Below are positions 18,131 through 28,180 of a stretch of 64,000 bases of DNA, one piece after another. The notes beneath the pieces are model-generated. The model ran no database searches, was not told the DNA's origin, and saw only the letters and a list, made by a program, of their open reading frames with translations. Made by a program: the position numbers and the translations under genes. The stretch spans positions 245,525 to 309,524 of the forward strand of contig CABMJJ010000009.1 of assembly GCA_902386555.1 (NCBI GenBank). Direction: 5' to 3'. How positions within the stretch are numbered: position 1 is the first letter of the stretch; each line of letters starts with the position of its first letter. This DNA is from Candidatus Bilamarchaeum dharawalense (GTDB taxonomy: Archaea > Micrarchaeota > Micrarchaeia > Anstonellales > Bilamarchaeaceae).

Positions 18131-19798
18131 TTATATAGAACCTGAGTGCGTGCTTTCTTCCTGATCCCTAGCCCATCTATCGGCCATGGTATCCAGGTGA
18201 CTGCGAACTCTTTGAAATTTTTCTGCAAGTGCTTTTTGATAGTCTGGATTGCTGGCATAGTCATCAGATCCATAACCATAGCGCTGCATTTGAGTTATCA
18301 CAAATCGGGTATATCTTGTGAGTGCAGTTAACTCCCTAGATGTTAGGTCAAATTCAAGCATTAGACTGGCACGATGGCGTTGTGCAATATCACTCTCACC
18401 AGATGGTAATTCTAAAAATAGATCAATGTATTTGTCAAGAGCTTTGGAAAGTTGATCGTATCTTTTTGTGACCAGCCCAGAATCTGCATGAACCACTCTC
18501 ATGGGAAGATGATCTGCCAATGGAAGGATTCGACCATTGGAACGAATGCTTTCCAAAAATGCATCTATTTCTTGATATCTTTCTTCGCGCATTAATCTAT
18601 ATACTCGCCAGAGACCGGCATTTAATTCAAACAAGGGACTGCTTGGATCATCATGCAGCCCGAGAATCCTTTTTCTTGTAGTACCATGGCTCATGTCAAA
18701 GGAAACCGTATCCTGAACTCTGACTCCCCTTGCCCCGTCTAACTTCCTTTCCCTGGCTGTTTTTTCAACATACTCTGCATATTCAACTATTGGAGTTAAT
18801 AGGAAAGACATGGGGTTACTTAACACTGCACCACGGACAGGAGCACCAACAATATTAATTCCTGGAGGGTTTTTTGCTTGTGCATATTTCATGAACAAAC
18901 CTTCATCAGTAACTGCAATGCAAAGATCGTGAAATTTAGTGGAAACCACAAAATTAAGATGACGACCATAGGCTCCCTCTTTTTTATCTCCAGACCACCA
19001 GAAACCAACTAAGGTTGATGGTTTGTCCTCGGGCCTTTGGAAATCAAGTGGAGGGGCTCCTGATTTCATTGAATTTTGGATCATTCTTTCCGCATTTTTT
19101 ATCATGTTCTCTGCAACCTGAAGTTCATACTCCCCTTGAGCAACTGCGTTGATTCCCAATTGTTGCAGGCTAAACAGCATACAGGAACGACCATGGGAGA
19201 GAACATGAAGGGTGTGAGCTTTAGCATAAACAGCGTCGATTGTTTTTTGAATATCCCAATCAAAATTTTGCAAATGTTCATTCTCGCCTTTCCAATAGAT
19301 TTTACGGGTTTTGCCTTCGTTATCAATATATCTTACTTCGCCAACAAATCTTCGCCAGCTTTCCTGGGATTTGGAACGGTAGGCAAAATTTAATCTTGTC
19401 TCACCATTAACATGTACGAAGACTGGAATAGCTTGATAACCAATGTTAATTGGACTGCCAACAGCCACCCAACCATCCTGGATGTTGATAACTTCCCGGA
19501 TTCGAAATGCTTCTGGATTTTGAGCCATAAGCTCACGGATATAGGTATCATATCTTTTTACAAGCAATTCGGCAGTTGTCCTTTCTGACGACTCTACGGC
19601 AATTGTTGCATTGGGATCAAGAGTGGTAAACTTTTTTGGAACCTGACCGACTTCAAAAATCCTAGCTGGCTTGGGAGTTTGTTTTGGTAGTACGATTGGA
19701 TCTGCAAATGGCATGCCCCATTTGTATGCCAGTGATCTTGCTATCACTGACGGATCAATACAGTGAGGATTATATTTCAACGGACGTTCTGGGCGCAT
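18131..19798 (-). CDS. hypothetical protein with N-terminal RSLAYKWG leader motif
   Basis: 555-aa ORF with its own TATA; no recognised domain. Confidence 0.75.
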   Translation of the reverse strand: MRPERPLKYNPHCIDPSVIARSLAYKWGMPFADPIVLPKQTPKPARIFEVGQVPKKFTTLDPNATIAVESSERTTAELLVKRYDTYIRELMAQNPEAFRIREVINIQDGWVAVGSPINIGYQAIPVFVHVNGETRLNFAYRSKSQESWRRFVGEVRYIDNEGKTRKIYWKGENEHLQNFDWDIQKTIDAVYAKAHTLHVLSHGRSCMLFSLQQLGINAVAQGEYELQVAENMIKNAERMIQNSMKSGAPPLDFQRPEDKPSTLVGFWWSGDKKEGAYGRHLNFVVSTKFHDLCIAVTDEGLFMKYAQAKNPPGINIVGAPVRGAVLSNPMSFLLTPIVEYAEYVEKTARERKLDGARGVRVQDTVSFDMSHGTTRKRILGLHDDPSSPLFELNAGLWRVYRLMREERYQEIDAFLESIRSNGRILPLADHLPMRVVHADSGLVTKRYDQLSKALDKYIDLFLELPSGESDIAQRHRASLMLEFDLTSRELTALTRYTRFVITQMQRYGYGSDDYASNPDYQKALAEKFQRVRSHLDTMADRWARDQEESTHSGSI

Positions 19799-19910
19799 AA
19801 ATAAACCTTGGGGATGTGATTATATGTGTTAATTAGTGTAGAAACAGTTTTTAAATATAACTAAAATGCGGTTTTTTATATATTAGTGTACAATTCCTCC
19901 TAAGATTCTA

Positions 19911-20999
19911 ATGTTACCTAATATCTATAAAGGAAATTATGTACTACTGGCAATATTCCCGATTATACTGATTGCACTGTCCCTATATTTCATACCATCA
20001 ATTAAACTTGGTGTGGATTTTCAGGGAGGTACGTTAGTTACACTTTCACTGAAAGAAAATGTTAATGCAGAAGAACTTCAGAATCAGCTAAAAACAGAAG
20101 GTTTGGATGCCTCGGTACAGGTTTTTCAAACTGCAGTTGGAACACGAGCTGAGATAGAGGTACCCCAAAGTCAAAATCTCATAAAGGCCGATGACCTACG
20201 AACAAAGTTTAATACTTTATTGCCAGAGGTCACCCAGTTGGAGGTTGCCAATTATCAAAATGCAACTTTTGATGAGGAGTACAAAGCAAAGAAAGCTGAA
20301 CTTGATGGAATAGCTGACGAGATGTTTGGCCTTGCAGGAAAAGACCGCAATAAACTGAATATTTCAAGCACCAACGAACTGCAACAGGCATTTACTCAAG
20401 CCTATTCTGATGTTTATAAAAATTACCAGGATTCTATCTCACAGCCAATAAACAAACATGTTCAATATGATTCCATTTCAGTCCAGACCGTAAGTCCTGC
20501 ACTTACCACACATTTTATCGAGGTTGCAACTAATATCGTAATACTTTCGATTGCACTAAGTCTTATTTTGGTCTTCATATTTTTCAGAACAGTGGCCCCA
20601 AGTTTAGCAGTTTTACTGGGTGCCTTGAGTGATATTACCATTGCCCTTGGTGCCATGGGACTATTGGGGGTACCATTAACACTTGCATCTTTTGCTGCAT
20701 TGCTTATGCTTCTTGCATTCTCACTTGATACGGATATACTACTAACAACCAGATTGCTCAAGAGAAAGGGTGACCCAAGGGAAAATGCCTTTGATGCGAT
20801 GAAAACAGGTATGACCATGAGCATCATGGCCATGATTGCATTTCTTGCATTATTCATTCTTGCAAGTCTTACGCACATACCAACCTACTATGAAATATCA
20901 GCCGTGGCAATTGCCGGTTTAGTAGGGGACATTTTTGCCACATGGGGCATCAATGGTGTGATAATTTTATACTATGTCGAACACAGGAGGAGAGCCTAA
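19911..20999 (+). CDS. secF: protein translocase subunit SecF
   Basis: LGVDFQGGT, VSPAL, AALLMLLAFSLDTDILLTTRLLK; six TM helices. Confidence 0.9.
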   Translation: MLPNIYKGNYVLLAIFPIILIALSLYFIPSIKLGVDFQGGTLVTLSLKENVNAEELQNQLKTEGLDASVQVFQTAVGTRAEIEVPQSQNLIKADDLRTKFNTLLPEVTQLEVANYQNATFDEEYKAKKAELDGIADEMFGLAGKDRNKLNISSTNELQQAFTQAYSDVYKNYQDSISQPINKHVQYDSISVQTVSPALTTHFIEVATNIVILSIALSLILVFIFFRTVAPSLAVLLGALSDITIALGAMGLLGVPLTLASFAALLMLLAFSLDTDILLTTRLLKRKGDPRENAFDAMKTGMTMSIMAMIAFLALFILASLTHIPTYYEISAVAIAGLVGDIFATWGINGVIILYYVEHRRRA

Positions 21000-22714
21000 T
21001 GGAATTCTACAAAGACACGCATTTTCTTTTCCTGCTGGTCGTGTTCTTGATATTTGCAGCAGCCATAACCTTCTTTGCAAGCTGGCTACTCATAGTTGCC
21101 CTGATGTTCTTTGGAATCACTTCCTTGATGTGGAAGGAGTCACACATTAAATTGTCTGGAATGGTATTCCTTGTTTTGCTAGCATTGCTAAGTATCTATG
21201 TCCATGGTATGAACTTTGGTATTGATTTTGTCGGTGGTACCAGAATTCCGGTTGTTCTTGAGCATTCCGTTGATCAGCAAACCATGAATGAGATGGTAAA
21301 CACAATAAAAAGCAGGGCAAACACCCTTGGTCTTAAGGAAATTAAGGCAAGGGCAGTTGGAAACACGATCATAAATGTTGAAGTTGCAAGCAGTGATGAG
21401 GCAACCATTGCATATATTGAAAAAACTCTATCACAGCAGGGCGTTTACCTTGGTGTTGTTGATGGTAAGGTTGCAGTAAGCGGAGATCATATTTTTAGAA
21501 CATCAATTCATGCACTTGCAGCAAATGAATTGATACAGCAGGGAAATGCTGATTGGGGTGTTGGTTTTTCAGTGGATAGGGAAGGGGGAGACCTTTTTGC
21601 AAATGCAGCAAAAGGCAAAGCAGATTACCCGGTTTACATGTTCATAGACCGTCCAAATGATGCGGTATTATTTTACGATAAAGAAACCTTCAAATCATAC
21701 ATGCTAGCTGATGCTGGAGAAAAAGAATCAGTCAAAGCATTAACTGAAATGCTCAGGCTGGAGGATGGTAAGGATATCCCAGTTTATATCATACAGGATA
21801 TGCCAGCTAACTTAACTGCTGCGACCAACTTAACAAAGGCAATGGTGGCATCCAATGTTTCAGCTGAAGTAAAGGAAAATTTAACCAAACGCGGCTTTAC
21901 TGTTGTTGAGTACCCAGAAGAAAAAATGAAACCAGGATTCATGAGAACGCGAACCGGTGTGCTTGTGGTAGATAAACTGGAGGCAGCAGGATTGCTTACC
22001 TCACCACTTCTTAGCGGTGGAGTTACCAGCGGGGTTCCAAATTATAATTATGTTATCACTGGGCGAGTTGAATCCACAGGCAGTGCAACGGACAAGAACA
22101 AAGCGGCACTTGAAAAAGTAAAAAGTATTGAATCTATTTTGAAAGGTGGCGCGCTTCCAGTCCAGATTTCGCTTGGTTCACGAACAACATTGCCAGCATC
22201 ACTGGGAAGCCAGTTCTTGGAGTTGAGCTTACTTGCCATAGGCGGATCACTTATTGCCATTGCAGCACTTATAGGTATTAGATACAGAAATATTCGAGCA
22301 ACCATGCCCATTGTTCTTATTAGTTTAGCAGAACTGGTTATTTTACTTGCGATACTTGGATCATTCACCATTGATTTGGCAGCCATGGCCGGAATTATTG
22401 CAGCCATTGGTGTTGGCGTGGATGCACAGATAGTTATTACCGATGAACTTTTGAAAAAAGATGATCATAAGATGTCTGAAAAAGTCGAATTGGCCTTTGG
22501 TATCATCAAAACAAATGCCATTGTTGCAATATTTTCAATGCTTCCACTTTTGTTTTCCGGCCTTGTTGAGATTATTGGTTTTGCCATGTCTACCATGCTT
22601 GGTGCTTTGCTTGGGTATCTTTTGACAAGACCAGCCTATGCAGCATTGGTGGAGAAGGTATTGGATGCAGAAAAGAAAGGAGAAGAACACAAACACGGAC
22701 ACCCAATTGCCTAG
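20999..22714 (+). CDS. secD: protein translocase subunit SecD
   Basis: FGIDFVGGTRI, ILKGGALPV, IDLAAMAGIIAAIGVGVDAQIVITDE; ATG overlaps the secF stop. Confidence 0.9.
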   Translation: MEFYKDTHFLFLLVVFLIFAAAITFFASWLLIVALMFFGITSLMWKESHIKLSGMVFLVLLALLSIYVHGMNFGIDFVGGTRIPVVLEHSVDQQTMNEMVNTIKSRANTLGLKEIKARAVGNTIINVEVASSDEATIAYIEKTLSQQGVYLGVVDGKVAVSGDHIFRTSIHALAANELIQQGNADWGVGFSVDREGGDLFANAAKGKADYPVYMFIDRPNDAVLFYDKETFKSYMLADAGEKESVKALTEMLRLEDGKDIPVYIIQDMPANLTAATNLTKAMVASNVSAEVKENLTKRGFTVVEYPEEKMKPGFMRTRTGVLVVDKLEAAGLLTSPLLSGGVTSGVPNYNYVITGRVESTGSATDKNKAALEKVKSIESILKGGALPVQISLGSRTTLPASLGSQFLELSLLAIGGSLIAIAALIGIRYRNIRATMPIVLISLAELVILLAILGSFTIDLAAMAGIIAAIGVGVDAQIVITDELLKKDDHKMSEKVELAFGIIKTNAIVAIFSMLPLLFSGLVEIIGFAMSTMLGALLGYLLTRPAYAALVEKVLDAEKKGEEHKHGHPIA

Positions 22715-22775
22715 ATTTCTGCACTGGATTTCAATTGAGCCAACAGTTAAAAACTCTAATTGAATTAGTAGGAAC

Positions 22776-25226
22776 ATGTGTAACTTATACCTAGAAGGTA
22801 CAAGGGCAATTGTGGACCTGGCCAAGTGTCCCTACGAATTTGCCTCACCTGAATTTCTTAATCTTCACCTAAAAGATCTTTCCACCACCGAGTCTCCCAT
22901 AAAAACTCTTAGATATGAGGAAGAAATAGTTGTAGAATTAAATGAAGAAAAGACAACCATTCTAACCCAATATGCATCTTTTATTCGCCAACTTGAAACC
23001 ATATTGCTTAAAGATGATATTTACGGTTTGAAACAGGACCCGGCCAATGAAGGACGACGTAAACTACTGAAACGATTTTACGAATATGTTTTCTTGAATC
23101 CGATGATGGCATCGCAACAGCTGAGAGACTACAATGAGACCGAACCGGAAAAAGCAATTTATGTTAAAGGCTATCAAACTTTCAAAAGCTGGGTTGCTGG
23201 AATTCTGAAAAGCTACGAAAATACCAAATTGTACAGCCTGGTAAAAGAAACTGGGGACCTGCGTGCAGCATTTCTGGAATTGGTTGGACTAAAAACACTT
23301 TATTTTGTCCCATCATTGGTGTTGGGTATCCCAAAGGAAGCTGTGCCACTAAAAGGCCCGGAGGCAAAATACAGTTTGCCATTTGGAGTGGATGTGCAGA
23401 TATATGAAATACCAGGTGCCGAAGCCTATCTTTATGTTCAGGAAAACAAAATCGTAGATACTCTGTCACAGGACCTGAACAAACTTCTAAAAACTACCAT
23501 CAACGAGCAATTCAAGGAAACCTTTTCCAATGTCGACTGGGACATTTTAATGAATTTGAAAACCAGAGAATATCGCCAATTTTTCATTGACAGGGCCGTT
23601 ATTGATGGAATAGAGATAACACCTCAACAGGCCATGGCCATGGGTCACGAGTGTGCAGCTTGGGTGGTTGGTCTTGGGGCACACATAGAAAATTTATCAT
23701 TGGATAAGGAGAATATTACAGATATCTATATCGACAGTGAAAACTCACCCTTGTATGTTGAACATGCAAAATATGGCCTTTGCCACACTCTCTATAGGTA
23801 TAATCGTGATCTGCTCGACAGATCATTCAAAAATATTGTTTATACACTTAGGGGGACTAGAAAATTCGATGAAAGCAATCCCATTGTGGATGTTGTATTG
23901 AAAAGACTCTCCATGAGGTGCCACCTTCAAAGACCACCGGCAACATTTGGTGAATTACAGGCAGCACTTAGAATTATGAAGGAACAACCATTCACCTATG
24001 CCCAGTATCTTAATTTTGGATCGTTTACTCCGCTTTTTGCTGGTTATGATGATACCATGGTTACCCTTGGATGTTCGGAAGCAGTTCTCGGACTGAAAGG
24101 TGTGGGAAAAACTTCTTTCACTGCAGCTAAGATTACGTCCATAGGTACCAGAAGAAGAGTGATTCCTGTTCAGGATATTGAGGAAATTCCAGTTCGTGCA
24201 TTTAGAAAACGAGGATTCCATATTGGTGCTGCCAGAGTTCAGAGTTCTGATTCAGAAGAATCAAACACCAAGGAACTTGATCTTGTTACCATGGCCAATG
24301 CACTTCTGCGTATGGGTGATGCTGCACTTATTATCAACGAAGTCCGATCGCGTGTCGCAGTTCAGGGTATTATTAACCTGTTAAACACCCAGCCAGGTGT
24401 CTTCCTGCTCTACAACCTTCATGCCGAATCTCTTCGAGATATACAGGACAGATTGGAATTGGTATTTGGTCTTCCTGCGGCAAGTATGTATGCTACCGAC
24501 AGATACACTTTCCTCAAGAAAGTCAGATTTGGAAGAAAAGGAAGAGTCTATCGTGTTCTGGGTTTTGAATTTGAAAGTGACATTGAAGAGAAAAAGTTTG
24601 CTGAGGTATTTAGATTTAAGAGAGGGGATAGCATAACCAACTGCACCTGGGAAGCTAAATTCCTAAGAAACCCAGAAGCAAGCATGTGGGACTTTGATAA
24701 GGTGAATATCAAAAAACTCACTAAAGAGCTAGATATTGCATTTGTACCACCAGCACTTGGAAGAAGAAGTGAAGAAACCGGTATTTCTCCAGAGCAGTAC
24801 ATGTTACAGGCATTCTGGAAGGGAAAAATGTATTATGAAATATTCAAACTCAGCCAACAAATGAACGATAAGTTGATGCTTGAACTGGATTTTGTACTTA
24901 AGGTGAATACGGCGGCAGGAAGATTGCTTGTTTCCATGGAAAAAGAACAGGGAGAAATTGACTTTGGAGAAGCATGGGAACGCTGGGTGCCTATGTTCAA
25001 AGAAGTTGTTAAACAAGACCTGGAAAAACGAAAATTGGGTGCTGTTCCGGATATACCTGTGGAAACAGAAGTTGAAGCACCACAACCAAAAAGCGAAATT
25101 GAAGATGAACCCGCTGCTGAGGAAGAGAGCGATGAAGGAACCAGACCAGAAGACGAAGAAGATCCAAGGCTACGAACACTGAGAGAAAAATTAAGAGAAA
25201 AAAGATTGGCTGCAAAGAAAAAATAA
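22776..25226 (+). CDS. type II/IV secretion system ATPase (TadA/FlaI/VirB11-like)
   Basis: ITDIYIDSENSPLYVEH, Walker A GLKGVGKTS, Asp box QDIEEI, Walker B LIINEVR, His box LHAES; acidic C-terminal tail. Confidence 0.8.
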   Translation: MCNLYLEGTRAIVDLAKCPYEFASPEFLNLHLKDLSTTESPIKTLRYEEEIVVELNEEKTTILTQYASFIRQLETILLKDDIYGLKQDPANEGRRKLLKRFYEYVFLNPMMASQQLRDYNETEPEKAIYVKGYQTFKSWVAGILKSYENTKLYSLVKETGDLRAAFLELVGLKTLYFVPSLVLGIPKEAVPLKGPEAKYSLPFGVDVQIYEIPGAEAYLYVQENKIVDTLSQDLNKLLKTTINEQFKETFSNVDWDILMNLKTREYRQFFIDRAVIDGIEITPQQAMAMGHECAAWVVGLGAHIENLSLDKENITDIYIDSENSPLYVEHAKYGLCHTLYRYNRDLLDRSFKNIVYTLRGTRKFDESNPIVDVVLKRLSMRCHLQRPPATFGELQAALRIMKEQPFTYAQYLNFGSFTPLFAGYDDTMVTLGCSEAVLGLKGVGKTSFTAAKITSIGTRRRVIPVQDIEEIPVRAFRKRGFHIGAARVQSSDSEESNTKELDLVTMANALLRMGDAALIINEVRSRVAVQGIINLLNTQPGVFLLYNLHAESLRDIQDRLELVFGLPAASMYATDRYTFLKKVRFGRKGRVYRVLGFEFESDIEEKKFAEVFRFKRGDSITNCTWEAKFLRNPEASMWDFDKVNIKKLTKELDIAFVPPALGRRSEETGISPEQYMLQAFWKGKMYYEIFKLSQQMNDKLMLELDFVLKVNTAAGRLLVSMEKEQGEIDFGEAWERWVPMFKEVVKQDLEKRKLGAVPDIPVETEVEAPQPKSEIEDEPAAEEESDEGTRPEDEEDPRLRTLREKLREKRLAAKKK

Positions 25227-25228
25227 AT

Positions 25229-26386
25229 TTATTTGCTGTTTTTCATATACCTGGCTACTCTATCCATTGCCTCATTTATTTGTTCTGGCGATCCGAGGAA
25301 AACAACTCGGAAGTATTTGCCCTTGTCGGTTGGCAGGAAACCAGAACCAGGAACCGTGACCACTCCTTCCTTGAGAAGCCCCCGGACAAATTCTGCATCA
25401 TTTTTCCAAGGACCATCAACTTTTATGAATGCATAGAATGCACCTTTAGGCGCAGCCAAACTTAGTCCCGGAATTTCCTTCACTCGTTTTGCTAAAATGT
25501 CTCTTCTTTTTTTGAGATCGGCATTGAATTTGGCAATGTGATCATGGGGCCCTTTTAATGCAGCCATATAGGCACGTTGCATTTCCCAGTTTACAGAAAG
25601 TCTCTGGTTACATAAACGTTGGAGTGCATCCTTCATTACGCTCCATTGTTCTCCATGAAATGCAATATAGCCAACTCTGGCACCGGGATAGATGTAGTTT
25701 TTGGAGATTGAGTTACCGGAAACCAGTGGAACATCCTTGTGGATCGTTCTTAGGTTTGTATATTCGCCATCAAAAACAAGTTTTTCGTAGGCATCATCAG
25801 AAATTATCGGGAGGTTGTGTTCACCGGCAATATCAACAATTGCTTCCAGTGTTTTTCTGGAATAGACAGAACCAGTTGGGTTGTTTGGATTTATCACCAA
25901 CAGTGCCCGAGTATATTTGGTAATACTCTTACGAAGATTATCAACATCAGGCTCGAAATTGGAATCGCAATCATAGAATTCTATGGTACCATAACTAAGA
26001 CGTTGTTTTGTAAGATAAAGAGGGTAGGTTGGGACTGGAAGAAGGATGTTTCTACCTGGGTCCACCAGTGCTTGAAATAGGAAATCAATACCTTCGCTTA
26101 AACCAGAAGTAACAAAAACATCTTCCGGTGCAACTTTTTCATAGTTTGCAATTGTGCTACGAAGCTCTGGATCGCCTTCTGATGGTGCATAGCCAGAATA
26201 ATTTTGCTTAAGGGCTTCGGCAGCAGCATCAAGAATGTGTTGCGGTGGTCTAAAACCAAATGGCGCCGGATCACCAATGTTAAGATAGATCATTTTGGTG
26301 CCCTGCTTTTCCAAACGTTTTGCCTCCTGAACAATATCACGAATTGGATATGAAACTAATTCGCTTCTTACTGATGGTTGAATCAT
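25229..26386 (-). CDS. class I/II PLP aminotransferase (alanine aminotransferase-like)
   Basis: YPIRDIV, LNIGDP, INPNNPTGSVY, SDDAY, NSISKNY..PGARVGY, GAFYAF. Confidence 0.9.
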   Translation of the reverse strand: MIQPSVRSELVSYPIRDIVQEAKRLEKQGTKMIYLNIGDPAPFGFRPPQHILDAAAEALKQNYSGYAPSEGDPELRSTIANYEKVAPEDVFVTSGLSEGIDFLFQALVDPGRNILLPVPTYPLYLTKQRLSYGTIEFYDCDSNFEPDVDNLRKSITKYTRALLVINPNNPTGSVYSRKTLEAIVDIAGEHNLPIISDDAYEKLVFDGEYTNLRTIHKDVPLVSGNSISKNYIYPGARVGYIAFHGEQWSVMKDALQRLCNQRLSVNWEMQRAYMAALKGPHDHIAKFNADLKKRRDILAKRVKEIPGLSLAAPKGAFYAFIKVDGPWKNDAEFVRGLLKEGVVTVPGSGFLPTDKGKYFRVVFLGSPEQINEAMDRVARYMKNSK

Positions 26387-26470
26387 TTGAAAACCTCCGT
26401 TTGTTTTTTAGTGGAGGTTTTCGATCCCAATCGAAGAATCAACTTCAATTAGTTGAAAACCTCCTTTCAT
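26387..26470 (-). promoter_or_regulatory. candidate translational attenuator: 20-codon uORF with alternative SD/anti-SD pairing
   Basis: On the mRNA: GGAGGTTTTC (26464-26455), GAAAACCTCC (26422-26413), GGAGGTTTTC as SD (26398-26389); uORF 26470-26408. Confidence 0.5.
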
Positions 26471-26557
26471 GGTCCTATAGGAATATCACTACCAAATTAA
26501 CTAATCAAATAGGGGATGGAATGTTTTTATTGCTGTTGATACGTCAGACGTCGATAG

Positions 26558-26914
26558 TTATCTCGATGATATGGAAAACGTAGTTTTTTTCAGTGCACCA
26601 TTGAAGATAATTGTTTTCGAAATAGATACTAATTTTTTATGGGGCTCACCAGATCTGCAATTGGTATATTCTATTCCCTCAATAAAAAAACAAAGACTGG
26701 TTTGATTACCGATGATACCAAGATCAGATTCGATTTTTGGCCTTCCGAGTTCAGATAGGCTCTGGAAATCACCACGCAAGTAAAGAACGCGCCAGACGTC
26801 CTCGGCAAGTTGAATCTGGTATAGGGAATGGTCAGGTTGTTCTGTATTTGGAAGAATAGGGATTAGTATGGTGATGAAAAATAATAATGACAAAAACGCT
26901 TCAATGGATTGCAT
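26558..26914 (-). CDS. pilin-like membrane-anchored protein
   Basis: MQSIEAFLSLLFFITILI: Glu then a hydrophobic helix; TGATG coupling to the upstream gene. Confidence 0.6.
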   Translation of the reverse strand: MQSIEAFLSLLFFITILIPILPNTEQPDHSLYQIQLAEDVWRVLYLRGDFQSLSELGRPKIESDLGIIGNQTSLCFFIEGIEYTNCRSGEPHKKLVSISKTIIFNGALKKTTFSISSR

Positions 26915-27318
26915 CAGCCACCACACACAAAAAGTTGTTTGATTTGTTTTTCTGATCCAATTACTACGATACGATAAATACAGACTGAATAGCTGAGGGA
27001 TGGACTTTTCACTCCGATATAAAGGGAAGAAAGATCGCTCCCATCACGCAAGGTTTCAATTGTAATAGCGTTCAGTTTTTTCTCATCGATCCAGTTTGGA
27101 TAGCGAATCTCACCCTCCTCAACTACTGCTCCACTCTTAACAACATAATCAGCAATTCCAACAAGTCTGTTGAATATCTTCTGATGATGGGCGCCGGTAG
27201 CAGTTTCGTTTGAAAAAAATGAAACGGTCTCAATTAGTATAATTAGTATTAGTAAAATTGGGATTAGACTAACCATTGCATCGATGGCAACAAATCCACT
27301 AAACCGGTTCCTTATCAT
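26914..27318 (-). CDS. pilin-like protein with class III signal peptide-like start
   Basis: MIRNRFSG|FVAIDAMVSLIPILLILIIL. Confidence 0.6.
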   Translation of the reverse strand: MIRNRFSGFVAIDAMVSLIPILLILIILIETVSFFSNETATGAHHQKIFNRLVGIADYVVKSGAVVEEGEIRYPNWIDEKKLNAITIETLRDGSDLSSLYIGVKSPSLSYSVCIYRIVVIGSEKQIKQLFVCGG

Positions 27319-27595
27319 TATTTGCAAAAACACCACCCACTTCGATAAGTTTCCCTTCATAATTGATGTGTAATTTGTTTTGTTCAACACTAAAGAATTC
27401 AGAGACATTGGCATCCAAACCAGCATTCAAAGCCATGTCAACTGCCAATGTTATGGATTCTGCAGAGTGGACTCGTTCCGACTCTCTTGCCACCATTTTT
27501 GCATCGTCAATTTGAAGGGAGATAACTTTGACAAAGAAAAGGATCATAATGGCAGATAATAGAAGAGTGATCAAAAATTCAATCGTCAGTGGCAA
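27299..27595 (-). CDS. pilin-like small membrane protein
   Basis: LTIEFLITLLLSAIMILFF N-terminal helix; overlaps both neighbours. Confidence 0.55.
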   Translation of the reverse strand: MPLTIEFLITLLLSAIMILFFVKVISLQIDDAKMVARESERVHSAESITLAVDMALNAGLDANVSEFFSVEQNKLHINYEGKLIEVGGVFANNDKEPV

Positions 27596-28146
27596 GAAAT
27601 CACCAATTTTGGAAGTTTGGATTTTGTTGAGATAAATTTTGAACTTAGAATGATTGGAATCTCGCCATCAACGCTCATGTAGTCAAGCGAGAATCCATTT
27701 TTGGAGAGTTTGCTGGGTTTTAGAAAAACAGATAATTGGGGGTCAGTGAATGAGACTGAAAAATCAGGATCGAATTTATGATTTTTTAAATTTGTAATTT
27801 TTTGTTGTGCTGTTTGGATCGCACTGGCACGGGCATCGTTTTCTCTGAAGCAGATGGAACATAGATGATCATCGCAATAATTGGGATAGTCTCGATCATA
27901 GGTACAAAAATGGTCTTGGCAGTGCCTACACAGTCGGATATCATGATTATTATCATAGATGGCAAATCCCTCATTCGCACCCTGTCTTGCAGATTCAATA
28001 AGAATCTCCTTGATGTTCATGGAAAGACCATAGGCTCGTTCGATGGCAACTGCTTGAGAAAAATCACTTTTTGAAACTGAGAGAAGCATGGTAAAAACTA
28101 GCAAAAGAGAAACAAAAACAAGAATAAATGTAAAGTAGCCTCGCAT
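27586..28146 (-). CDS. pilin-like protein with Cys-rich insert
   Basis: MRG|YFTFILVFVSLLLV; CRHC...C...C...CSIC cluster. Confidence 0.6.
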   Translation of the reverse strand: MRGYFTFILVFVSLLLVFTMLLSVSKSDFSQAVAIERAYGLSMNIKEILIESARQGANEGFAIYDNNHDIRLCRHCQDHFCTYDRDYPNYCDDHLCSICFRENDARASAIQTAQQKITNLKNHKFDPDFSVSFTDPQLSVFLKPSKLSKNGFSLDYMSVDGEIPIILSSKFISTKSKLPKLVISCH

Positions 28147-28180
28147 TCATCCCCCAAAATAGTAGGTAGACAAAATTAAA

